Source of the DNA: Candidatus Latescibacterota bacterium
GTDB taxonomy: Bacteria; Latescibacterota; UBA2968; UBA8231
Length of the DNA: 64,000 bases
Assembly (NCBI GenBank): GCA_965261395.1
Contig: OZ253462.1
Coordinates: 4,992,001-5,056,000 of the forward strand
Direction: 5' to 3'
Shown here piece after piece: positions 55,899 to 64,000 of this stretch. Within the stretch, counting starts at the first letter, position 1; each line of letters begins with the position of its first letter. The notes beneath the pieces were generated by a model that saw nothing but the letters and a program-made list of their open reading frames with translations, was not told where the DNA came from and searched no databases. Position numbers and translations under genes: made by a program.

Positions 55899-57743
55899 AT
55901 GAAAGCATTCCTCGAACGCCTCGAACAAGCCGCTGATTTGCGCGAAGTCCAATCGCTCGTCGATCACATCCTCGACGCGGCGCGGGCCGGCGGCAAGCCA
56001 GAGGACAAGCGCCGCTTCCTCCGCGATCTACTCTTCAATCGGGCGCTTTTGTCCCGCCTAGAGACCCCCGTGGCCATCGACGCACTCCTCGCGGCAACCA
56101 CGCCTCGCGAGTGGAATGAGCTCTTCGGCGATGCGGTCGTCCAAGAGCTGCCGCAACTAACCGTCGATCTGGTCGATGGCTTGGTCGATCTCGACCACCG
56201 CCAATTGCTGCGGCTTTTGCCTCCCGAATCCCCCAAGGCGCTCTTGCAGGTGCTCAGACGCCTCAATGCCTATCTAGAAGAATGCGATGTCTCGGTCCGC
56301 TGTCTGCGCGGCATGCGCGCCGCTCGCATCATGGCCGACATCTACCCAACGCTCGCCGCCGAGCCGCGGGCCTGGCGGCGAGCGCTGCCGCCCTGCTGCA
56401 TCGACGGTCAAGACATCGTCCAACTCAAAGAAGCCAAGCACATCGACAAGCTAGCCGCAGCCTACGAGGCGCGAATCAACCAACTACAGAGCATCGACTT
56501 GCAGCGCAGCTTGGCCGCCCTCGACAAGAGCCACGCCGCCGCGCCACGGATGATCGAATCGGCCTACGAGCAAACCTTTTGCATCCAATCGCCCCTGCGC
56601 TTGGGCATCTCCAGCGCCAATGCCTCAGACAATCACCTGCGCAGCAAGGAACAGGGTGGCAAGACGCTCAACATCGCCGTCAATCTGCAACCGGGCCAGC
56701 AAGAGCGTGCCCAACCGCCGCTGGAAGTCACCGCACGGAGGCTGGCCGAATCCCAGCTCATCCTCCGCTCCCGCTCTATGGGCTTCAAGGCCGACTTTGA
56801 GGCCAGCAAACACAGCTCGGCCGCGACCGTCAGCGAGCTGTTCTTTGCCTACCGCCGCAGCGGCGACGAAGCCCTGCGGTTGGTCAAGCAAGGGCTGGTC
56901 CACGCGGGCATCGTCCGGCCGGACTCCACAGATGTCATCGAAGACATCGCCGCCTTTACCAACGGCGGTGGTTTGGAACTCACCACCAGTAGTAAGGTGC
57001 TACAAGGGTCCGGCCTAGGCACCAGCGGCATATTGTCCGCCGCCATTCTCAAAATGCTCTACCACCTCTCCGGTCACCCCCACGCCGCGCCCGCGTGCGA
57101 GTACCCCAGCCTCTACGATCACAGCCTCATGCTCGAACAAAGCCTCGGCCTCAACAGCGGTTGGCAGGATGCGCGCGGTGCCAGCGGCGGCCCCTCGGCC
57201 ATCAAGAACTTCTACGCGCCACCGACCGACGGCCTGCCCGCGCCCGAACGCACGTTCCTCACCGAGGTGGACGAGAGCCTGTTCACCGAGCGGGTCGTGC
57301 TCTTCGACACGGGGATATCGCGCTCGGCTACCCGCGGCCTCAACGTCGTTCTCGACGCCTATTTGTCGCGGAATCGCCAGCGCTATAGAGCCATTCGCGA
57401 GTCGCTGGCCATTCACGACGAAATGGTGGCCGCGCTGCGCGCGGGCGCCTACGCCGATCTCGGACGGCTGGCCGACCGCTATTGGCAGTTGCGCTGCATC
57501 CTCGATCCCCAGGCCACCAACGACGCCCTGCAACACCTTTTCGAGAATCCGCAGATCACCGACCTGACCGAGGGCGGGCTTCTCACCGGGGCTGGCGGCG
57601 GCGGCTTCGCCCTCCTCATCGCCGCAGAGGGGCAAGCGGCCGCGTTGCGCGCAAGGCTCGACAAGCTGCGCCAACACGCGGCCTTTACCAAAAGCAGCGT
57701 GGTCTCCTATCAGCTCAACACCCAAGGCATCCAACTCGTGTGA
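55899..57743 (+). CDS. GHMP-family sugar kinase-like protein with unexplained N-terminal domain
   Basis: PLRL..SD, GSGLGTSG, GWQD, GAGGGGF. Confidence 0.75.
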   Translation: MKAFLERLEQAADLREVQSLVDHILDAARAGGKPEDKRRFLRDLLFNRALLSRLETPVAIDALLAATTPREWNELFGDAVVQELPQLTVDLVDGLVDLDHRQLLRLLPPESPKALLQVLRRLNAYLEECDVSVRCLRGMRAARIMADIYPTLAAEPRAWRRALPPCCIDGQDIVQLKEAKHIDKLAAAYEARINQLQSIDLQRSLAALDKSHAAAPRMIESAYEQTFCIQSPLRLGISSANASDNHLRSKEQGGKTLNIAVNLQPGQQERAQPPLEVTARRLAESQLILRSRSMGFKADFEASKHSSAATVSELFFAYRRSGDEALRLVKQGLVHAGIVRPDSTDVIEDIAAFTNGGGLELTTSSKVLQGSGLGTSGILSAAILKMLYHLSGHPHAAPACEYPSLYDHSLMLEQSLGLNSGWQDARGASGGPSAIKNFYAPPTDGLPAPERTFLTEVDESLFTERVVLFDTGISRSATRGLNVVLDAYLSRNRQRYRAIRESLAIHDEMVAALRAGAYADLGRLADRYWQLRCILDPQATNDALQHLFENPQITDLTEGGLLTGAGGGGFALLIAAEGQAAALRARLDKLRQHAAFTKSSVVSYQLNTQGIQLV

Positions 57744-57753
57744 GGACGGCAGG

Positions 57754-58275
57754 GTGGATACCAAGAAAGAGCACCTGCTCATAGATGGGTACAATCTCAT
57801 CAAATCGAGCCAGCTTTTCCAAGGCCGAGGCGACACCCTGGAACGAGCACGCCACCGCTTGCAGCAAGAACTCGCCGCCTACGGCCGCCGCGCCGACAAG
57901 CATATCACCCTGTACTACGACGGCACTGGCGCATCGCCGAGCGCGACAAACGCAAGCAGCCCATACGTCACCATAGAATTCTCGCGCTACCCTCAGCAGG
58001 CCGACGACCTAATCGCGCAGGCGGTCGAAAAAAAACACGGTGCCAAGTGGCTGCGGGTCATCAGCTCCGACCGCGCAGTCCAGCGCTGCGCCGCGCGCCA
58101 CAAAATCCGCTCGACCTGTTCTGAGGATTTTCTCGACGAACTCACAGGACCCGTCCAGGCATCGAACGCTTCCGAGCCTGCCCCCACCCACGACGGCACC
58201 GAATCTCACCCGCCCCTCGACCCAGACGACCTAGATCACTGGGAAGCCTTGTTCCGCAAGAAAGCCAACCGCTAG
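57754..58275 (+). CDS. NYN-domain (YacP/Rae1-like) ribonuclease
   Basis: LIDGYNL, YDG, ADD, SSD. Confidence 0.85.
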   Translation: MDTKKEHLLIDGYNLIKSSQLFQGRGDTLERARHRLQQELAAYGRRADKHITLYYDGTGASPSATNASSPYVTIEFSRYPQQADDLIAQAVEKKHGAKWLRVISSDRAVQRCAARHKIRSTCSEDFLDELTGPVQASNASEPAPTHDGTESHPPLDPDDLDHWEALFRKKANR

Positions 58276-58952
58276 GGCAGCGGCAGCACGAGGTCGCGCA
58301 GCACCGCCAAGCTGTGCTGCCCTTGGGTACTGCCCGCTCGCGCCAAGGCTTCGAGATGCACCTTTAGGAACCCCGCCTCAGCCGGCGTATCCACATCGTA
58401 CCAAGGCGGCAGCAGGCCGAGCGTCTGCGTTCCCAAGCGCGCTAGGGTTTGCTCGAATACCATCCCGGTGCTCCAAGCCACGTCTTGGAATATCCGGCTT
58501 TCCCCTTTTCGCCTGCCTACCAAGTAGTAGCCGCCGTCCGTGCTCGGGCCTAAGACCACCTCCTTCTCGCGCAACAGCGCCAGCCCCTCGTCGATGTAGC
58601 GGGCTGGCAGAGAAGGGCTATCCGAGCCGATGATGACCACCCGCTCGGCCCCCCGCGCAAAGGCCCACTGCATCAGGCCCTCCATGCGCTGCCCTAGATT
58701 GCCTTCGGGCTGGGGTGCGTACTCGAAGGTGCCAATCGGGGCCAGCAGGGTGCGCAAAGCGTCTTCGGCATGGGCCGGAGTAAAGGCCACGACCTTGGCA
58801 GCGGCCTGTGTCTCGTGCAGTGCAGTGGCGCAATCCAGCAACATGGCCTCGTACAGGCGTGCGGCCTCAGAGGTACTCAAATGGCTCTGGAGCCGGGTTT
58901 TGACCGCTCCGGGGACTGGTTTCTTGGCAAAAAGCACGGCGCAGGTGGACAT
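58272..58952 (-). CDS. DUF2064/TIGR04282-type glycosyltransferase-fold protein
   Basis: FAKKPVPGAVKTRL, LGQRM, IGSDSP, GPSTDGGYYL, DVDT. Confidence 0.88.
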   Translation of the reverse strand: MSTCAVLFAKKPVPGAVKTRLQSHLSTSEAARLYEAMLLDCATALHETQAAAKVVAFTPAHAEDALRTLLAPIGTFEYAPQPEGNLGQRMEGLMQWAFARGAERVVIIGSDSPSLPARYIDEGLALLREKEVVLGPSTDGGYYLVGRRKGESRIFQDVAWSTGMVFEQTLARLGTQTLGLLPPWYDVDTPAEAGFLKVHLEALARAGSTQGQHSLAVLRDLVLPLP

Positions 58953-59042
58953 CTTCCCCTCCCTATTGTCTATCGTCGGCAGAGCGCGTACTTTTTGCAA
59001 TATAATTCGCGGCAACCCTTCACAAAATCAACCGAGGAGCTC

Positions 59043-60239
59043 ATGGCCCAAGTCAATATCGTCCGCCACAACTCGATCGCCATTTTTTCCAACCCCACCG
59101 AAGTGATCATTACCGACGACAATGGCCACGTCGTGCGCCTAGTCGAGCCTTCGGGTAATGTCGGCACTCAATACGCCAACGACGTTGGCTCGGAGTGGTT
59201 CGGCACCATCGAAAACCTCAACAAGGGCCTCGAAATTTGCGGCGTCCATTGGTCTGACGTGTACAAGACCGACGTCCTGTGGACCACCCCTTCTGCTGAC
59301 CGCGACGAGTGCGACCAGCGCAAAAACGACTTCAACGCCTGCTACGGGGCCATGATCGCCGCCGTCACCAGCGGCCCCTTGCGCTCCAACCGCATGGCCC
59401 GCTTCACCCACCCAGAGGGCTTCCCAGACCCAGCGGCCCTCTTCGAGGTCCAAATCAAAGCCTGTGCCGGCGAGACCGTCTCCATCAGCAGCGGCAAAAT
59501 CGACTACGGCACTTGGGTGGATCACCAGCCCTCGGGTGCCTCGGTCATGCACCAGCGAGACGGCGAAATGATCACCACCCTCGGCGACGACCTAACCGAA
59601 GAAATGCGCTTCATCCTCGACGAGCAATATGCCAAGCCCTTTGCCGAGCAAGGCGTTGACTTCAAAAAGCAGACCGTATTCATGGAGATCCTCGTGGCCG
59701 TGGACGACGATCCCGCCAAGACCTGGGAGCGCATCGAAACCACCCGCCAAGTCTTTGCGGATTACTACGGCGACGACCGGCCCTCCGGCCTGATTTACCC
59801 GGTGTCGCGGATCCCCAATCTCGACAGCATCATCGAGCCGCAGCCGCGCGTGGTCTCCGGTGAAGTCGAAATCGTGCGCTCGGGACAGATCGAGGACGGC
59901 TTCTCGACTTGGGCGAGCTTGCGCCACCACGGCGTGCGCGAAGTTCACGTCTCAGCCGTCGGCGGCAGCGACGCTGGCCAACAACTCGACACGCTCGACG
60001 CCCGGATCAAGGAAGCTGGAGGCGCGGGTCTCAAAGAGGACGGCGTCTTCAATAACGCCTACATCGTCGCCGGTGCCGACTCCGCGCAAAATCGCGCTGG
60101 ATTGGTCGCCTTCAACGAGTCCTTTAGCGCGTACTACGCCGGCACTGCCCCGGCTGGCCGCACCGCCCAGTTTATCGGCGGCATCCAGCAGCAAGGTCAT
60201 CAGAGCGGCATCTCCACCCGTGCAATCTTCGCCGAGTAA
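59043..60239 (+). CDS. Hypothetical protein, probably three tandem RidA/YjgF-like domains
   Basis: GAGGAG RBS; repeated pattern (NL..L...G..W.DV.K / FN..Y / P.R / L.E). Confidence 0.5.
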   Translation: MAQVNIVRHNSIAIFSNPTEVIITDDNGHVVRLVEPSGNVGTQYANDVGSEWFGTIENLNKGLEICGVHWSDVYKTDVLWTTPSADRDECDQRKNDFNACYGAMIAAVTSGPLRSNRMARFTHPEGFPDPAALFEVQIKACAGETVSISSGKIDYGTWVDHQPSGASVMHQRDGEMITTLGDDLTEEMRFILDEQYAKPFAEQGVDFKKQTVFMEILVAVDDDPAKTWERIETTRQVFADYYGDDRPSGLIYPVSRIPNLDSIIEPQPRVVSGEVEIVRSGQIEDGFSTWASLRHHGVREVHVSAVGGSDAGQQLDTLDARIKEAGGAGLKEDGVFNNAYIVAGADSAQNRAGLVAFNESFSAYYAGTAPAGRTAQFIGGIQQQGHQSGISTRAIFAE

Positions 60240-60243
60240 GCCC

Positions 60244-60738
60244 GTGATCAGCGCCGCCAAGATCATCGCCGCCCTCGAACGGCACGGCATTACGCACGTA
60301 TTAGGGGTCCCAGACAACGGCTCGTGCGTCCTGTACGAGCGCCTGTGGGACCACCACACCATCGAAGTGATCCTCACCAGTCGCGAGGGCGAGGCGTATG
60401 GCTTGGCCTCCGGCCTGTATTTGGGCGGTGCCCATCCGCTGGTGCTGATCCAGAATACGGGCTTTTTGGAGGCCGGCGACGCCTTGCGCGGCACGGCCTA
60501 CAACATGGGCATTCCCCTCGTCATGCTCGTCGGCTACCGAGGCTACGCGACCATGGCCCCAGGTGCCCCCCGAGTCGATACGGCCGCCACCTTCTTCGAG
60601 CCGACTCTCAAGGCTTGGAACATCCCCTACACCGCCATGCACACAGACGACGATAGCGGCCAGATTGACGCTGCGTTCGCCAAGGCCCAAGAGACCTCGC
60701 TGCCAACCGCTGTGTTGCTGGTCGCGGAGACTGTATAA
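60244..60738 (+). CDS. TPP-dependent decarboxylase alpha subunit (ComD/phosphonopyruvate decarboxylase-like)
   Basis: GVPD, REGEA.GLASG, IQNTG, GYRG. Confidence 0.8.
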   Translation: MISAAKIIAALERHGITHVLGVPDNGSCVLYERLWDHHTIEVILTSREGEAYGLASGLYLGGAHPLVLIQNTGFLEAGDALRGTAYNMGIPLVMLVGYRGYATMAPGAPRVDTAATFFEPTLKAWNIPYTAMHTDDDSGQIDAAFAKAQETSLPTAVLLVAETV

Positions 60739-60739
60739 G

Positions 60740-61309
60740 ATGCTCGACAAATACACCTGCCTCGAAAAACTGGCCGCCAGACGCACGGACCAAGTCGTGG
60801 TCACCACCATGAGCGTGGCCATGCCTTGGGCCGCGCACTCCGACGGCCCGTTAGACTTTGCCCACGTCGAAAGCGCCATGGGCCACGCCGCCGACTTTGC
60901 GCTGGGCTTGGCCATCGCCCGGCCCGAGCGCCGGGTCTTGTGCATCAACGGCGACGGCAGCACCCTCATGTCGTTGGGCGTGCTCGTCACCTTGGCTCAG
61001 CGTCCGGCTGCGAACCTAACCCTCGTCATCACTGAAAACGGCACCTATGAAGTAACCGGCAGCCAGCCCGTGCCCGGTGCAGATTTTATCGACTACGAGC
61101 AAATCTGCCGTGGGGCCGGCCTCCAGCGCGTCTATACCATCGACACCGACGACGACTTCGACGCCAAGCTCGACCAGCACTTTGCGGAGGAAGGCCCGGT
61201 CGTCTTTATCTGGAAAATCGCCCCGGCCACCGAGCCGGTGCCCAAACCGGCCCGACCGATCCGCGAGCGCGCCCAGCGCCTGCGCGCCGCCTTGGTCGGC
61301 GAGGGATAG
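60740..61309 (+). CDS. TPP-dependent decarboxylase beta subunit (ComE-like)
   Basis: AMG, GDGSTLM, NGTYEVTGSQ. Confidence 0.82.
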   Translation: MLDKYTCLEKLAARRTDQVVVTTMSVAMPWAAHSDGPLDFAHVESAMGHAADFALGLAIARPERRVLCINGDGSTLMSLGVLVTLAQRPAANLTLVITENGTYEVTGSQPVPGADFIDYEQICRGAGLQRVYTIDTDDDFDAKLDQHFAEEGPVVFIWKIAPATEPVPKPARPIRERAQRLRAALVGEG

Positions 61310-61320
61310 AGGTACCCACC

Positions 61321-62565
61321 GTGCAATTACCGCAAATGGCCCCCGTTAAGCAGCACTTTGCCAACGACTCGCTAGCCGATGTGGCCGGCGAGGTCCGTCG
61401 CCAGCTAGCGCGCGCCGATCTAGCCGACGTCATTGCCCCCGGTGCGCGAATCGCCGTTACGGGCGGCAGCCGCGGTATCGCCAATATCCCACTCATCACC
61501 CGCACCGTCATCGACTGCGTCAAAGAGGCTGGCGGCAGGCCCTTCCTGCTGCCGGCTATGGGCAGCCACGGCGGCGCTACGGCTGAAGGCCAAAAGCAGG
61601 TGCTGGCCAGTTACGGTCTCGACGCTGAGAGTATGGGCTGCCCGGTCGAGGCGACCATGGATGTCGTCGAGGTCGGCCAACTCGACGACGGCACCCCAGT
61701 GCTGCTCAACCGACTCGCCACCGAAGCCGATGGCGTGGTGCTCATCAACCGCGTCAAGCCGCACACCTCCTTTCGCGGCGTGTTTGAAAGCGGCCTGATG
61801 AAGATGATGACCATCGGCTTAGGCAGCCACAAAGGCGCGACCATCGCCCACGCCGGGGGCGCCGAGAGCCTCGCCCGCCTGATCCCGGCTTGGGGCCGCT
61901 GTATCCTCGACCAAGCGCCGATCCTCATGGGGTTGGCCATCGTCGAAAACGCCTACGAAGAGACCCTCCGCGTCGAGGCCCTGCAACCCGGGCAGTTCCC
62001 AAGCCGCGAGCCGCAGCTTTTGGAGGAAGCGCGGCGCACCATGCCCCGCATCTTAGTCCAAGGCATCGACCTGCTGATCATCGAACAAATCGGCAAGAAT
62101 ATCTCGGGTACGGGCATGGACACCAACGTCGTCGGCCGCATGCTCCTGCCCGGCGTCAAAGAACCGGAGTCCCCGGGCGTGGCTCGCATCGTGGTGCTCG
62201 ACCTGACCGACGAAACCCACGGCAATGCCAACGGCGTCGGGCTCGCCGACATCATCACCCGCCGCCTGCACGAGCGCATCGACTTCAAAGCCACGTACGC
62301 CAACGTCTTCACCACCACCTTCCTCAATCGCGCGTACATACCCGTCGTCATGGCAACCGACCGCGAGGCCATTGAGGCCGCGCTTGCGGTGCAAAACCTC
62401 GCCAACCCCGAACAGGCGCGCGTCGTCCGCATCAAAAACACCCTCGACATCGGCCATATCCAACTCTCCGCGAGCCTGCTGCGGGAGTTCGGCGACCATC
62501 CCGACCTAGAGCAAACCGGTGCCCTAGCCGCGATGGCGTTTGACGAGCACGGCCGCCTCGGTTAG
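61321..62565 (+). CDS. LarA-like (DUF2088/DUF362) protein
   Basis: GSRGIAN, PAMGSHGG, NRVKPHT, GKNISGTGMD, HGNANGVG, IKNT. Confidence 0.8.
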   Translation: MQLPQMAPVKQHFANDSLADVAGEVRRQLARADLADVIAPGARIAVTGGSRGIANIPLITRTVIDCVKEAGGRPFLLPAMGSHGGATAEGQKQVLASYGLDAESMGCPVEATMDVVEVGQLDDGTPVLLNRLATEADGVVLINRVKPHTSFRGVFESGLMKMMTIGLGSHKGATIAHAGGAESLARLIPAWGRCILDQAPILMGLAIVENAYEETLRVEALQPGQFPSREPQLLEEARRTMPRILVQGIDLLIIEQIGKNISGTGMDTNVVGRMLLPGVKEPESPGVARIVVLDLTDETHGNANGVGLADIITRRLHERIDFKATYANVFTTTFLNRAYIPVVMATDREAIEAALAVQNLANPEQARVVRIKNTLDIGHIQLSASLLREFGDHPDLEQTGALAAMAFDEHGRLG

Positions 62566-62586
62566 TAGACGGTAAAATCCCACACT

Positions 62587-62613
62587 GTAGGGACACCCCT
62601 CGTGGGCGCCTTC
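62587..62613. repeat. Degenerate GTAG-type REP-like element
   Basis: GTAGGGACACCCCTCGTGGGCGCCTTC, imperfect stem. Confidence 0.4.
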
Positions 62614-62658
62614 TATCCATCCAACACAATCGGATCTCTACGCAGTGGGTAGGTACTT

Positions 62659-62727
62659 ATGAAAGAGGACCCGATCACCGATCCGCACCAAGCGAATCGG
62701 ACCTTTTGGGACGCTTCCACCGAGTGG
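62659..62727 (+). pseudogene. N-terminus of a gene interrupted by the IS (resembles class I SAM-methyltransferase starts)
   Basis: MKEDPITDPHQANRTFWDASTEW, then an abrupt switch to AT-rich sequence. Confidence 0.35.
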
Positions 62728-64000
62728 GGCACCTTAGCCGATTGTTATGGCACGATTTCGGTACGTATGTGTATATTTTACAGTAACTTGTTCTATTCTT
62801 TTGCCGCCTCCCCCGCGGCACGCTCCCCTCGATTGAGAAAGAAGGGGAGCAATGCCTGCGATTCTCTCTCTGGCGCCCTTTCAGCAGCGGCAGCAGTGGG
62901 CGCGCTTTCGAAGTAGAGCGCATGAAGCCCTGGACGAGTTGCTGGATCGGGTGGAGACGCAAATGAGCGAGCACGGATCTACTCCGCCGACGTTGATGGA
63001 GATTACCGAGGCGGTGTCGCAAGAGCGCTCCGGGCTTACCGCGGCGGTGGTGGAAGCCTTCATCGAACGCCGCCACGGCCAGTTCCTGGCGCAAGAAGAG
63101 GCGGCCTGCCCGAAGTGTGAGCGCGTCCTGCGTGCGCGACCGTCGCGCTCGCGCACGGTGGAGACGCTGCTCGGGCCGGTGCCCTTGGAGCGGCCCTATT
63201 TCTACTGCGTTTCCTGTGAGCACGGCTTTTATCCTTTGGACGAGGCCCTGGGCCTGTCGGGGCACCGCAAGCAGTGGGACGTTCAAAACGCCGGGGTCAA
63301 GCTGGCGCTGGAGATGCCCCACCAGCGCGCCGCGAAGCTGCTGGACGAGCTGACCGACGCGTCGATGAGCGACTGTGTGATTCACGAGGTGCTGCAACAG
63401 ACCGGGTCGTTGGACGTGCTGCAGGTGTGTCCGGACGCGGCCGACATCCAGGATCGCATTGCTCAAGCCGCCGCCGCTCGCAAGTGGCGGCCCATCGTGG
63501 TGTTGGCCATCGACGCGGCCGACGTGCCCAGTCGTCCCGAGACCGCCAAAGGGACTCGTCCGGGGCGCAAGAAGAGCCGGGCTCGGCGAAGGCGTTGGCA
63601 GGGTGAATACCACGAAGCCAAGGGCTTTCGCTTCTACCTGGTAGACGATGAGCGCATCGAGCAGCTGATCTCCTGGCACCAGATGGGCGACGAACAGGCC
63701 TTCGGCTCGGCCTTGCGCCAGGTCAAGGAGGCGGGGCTGATCCCGGAGGAGCAGGTGCGCTTGTGTGCCATCGGGGACGGAGCCCCGTGGATCTGGAAAT
63801 GGGTGGAGGAACTGTTCCCGAGCGCCCGTCAGATCCTCGACTACTACCATTGTAGCCGCTACCTGCACGCGGTGGCCGAGGCTCAATACGGCACCGATGC
63901 GGCGCGCGCCAGCCATTGGCTGGAAGCGACTCTGGCGCGCCTGTTCTGCGGTGAGGGCACCGGCGTGGTTTGGGGTCTGCAGCGCATGCAGGCGGTCTCG
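62728..64000 (+). mobile_element. ISKra4-family-like insertion sequence (right end outside the window; left end approximate)
   Basis: Transposase ORF from 62852. Confidence 0.75.
62852..64000 (+). CDS. ISKra4/UPF0236-like DDE transposase (3'-truncated by the window)
   Basis: CPKC, RPYFYCVSC, PLDEALG, IDAA, GDGAPWIW, LDYYH; missing from the ORF track because it has no stop in the window. Confidence 0.85.
   Translation, partial: MPAILSLAPFQQRQQWARFRSRAHEALDELLDRVETQMSEHGSTPPTLMEITEAVSQERSGLTAAVVEAFIERRHGQFLAQEEAACPKCERVLRARPSRSRTVETLLGPVPLERPYFYCVSCEHGFYPLDEALGLSGHRKQWDVQNAGVKLALEMPHQRAAKLLDELTDASMSDCVIHEVLQQTGSLDVLQVCPDAADIQDRIAQAAAARKWRPIVVLAIDAADVPSRPETAKGTRPGRKKSRARRRRWQGEYHEAKGFRFYLVDDERIEQLISWHQMGDEQAFGSALRQVKEAGLIPEEQVRLCAIGDGAPWIWKWVEELFPSARQILDYYHCSRYLHAVAEAQYGTDAARASHWLEATLARLFCGEGTGVVWGLQRMQAVS

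Noticed and set aside
62675-63916. 413-aa minus-strand ORF
   Set aside because: Antisense shadow of the transposase

Overview
A GC-rich bacterial chromosome segment with about 55 genes, mostly housekeeping or catabolic (ispH, manC-like, ppk1, GlmU-like, dapA/dapB, AICAR transformylase, dehydrogenases, ABC transporters) and one tRNA-Thr(TGT). The gene content (PhyH dioxygenase, ankyrin kinase, orphan BMC shell genes, many TA pairs) resembles sponge-associated Latescibacterota/Gemmatimonadota-like genomes, but that is inference only. Accessory blocks: (1) a peptide/nickel-type ABC cassette (4885-10302) bracketed by a 150-bp direct repeat; (2) an HEPN-MNT pair and a candidate 19-aa peptide beside the tRNA; (3) a lower-GC PP2C / trypsin-FHA-FHA / Ser-Thr kinase-ankyrin cluster (26719-31485); (4) a defence island (about 44980-54001); (5) an ISKra4-like element at the right edge. 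The strongest candidate for an undescribed system is in the defence island. A Type III restriction-modification Mod subunit carries an in-frame N-terminal SIR2 NADase-like domain of the short-Argonaute (SPARSA) type, with no APAZ or Argonaute in the window. A GmrSD-like (DUF262-DUF1524) gene sits between this mod and res, flanked by a duplicated mod 3' end. All family calls come from recognising motifs by eye; no searches were run.
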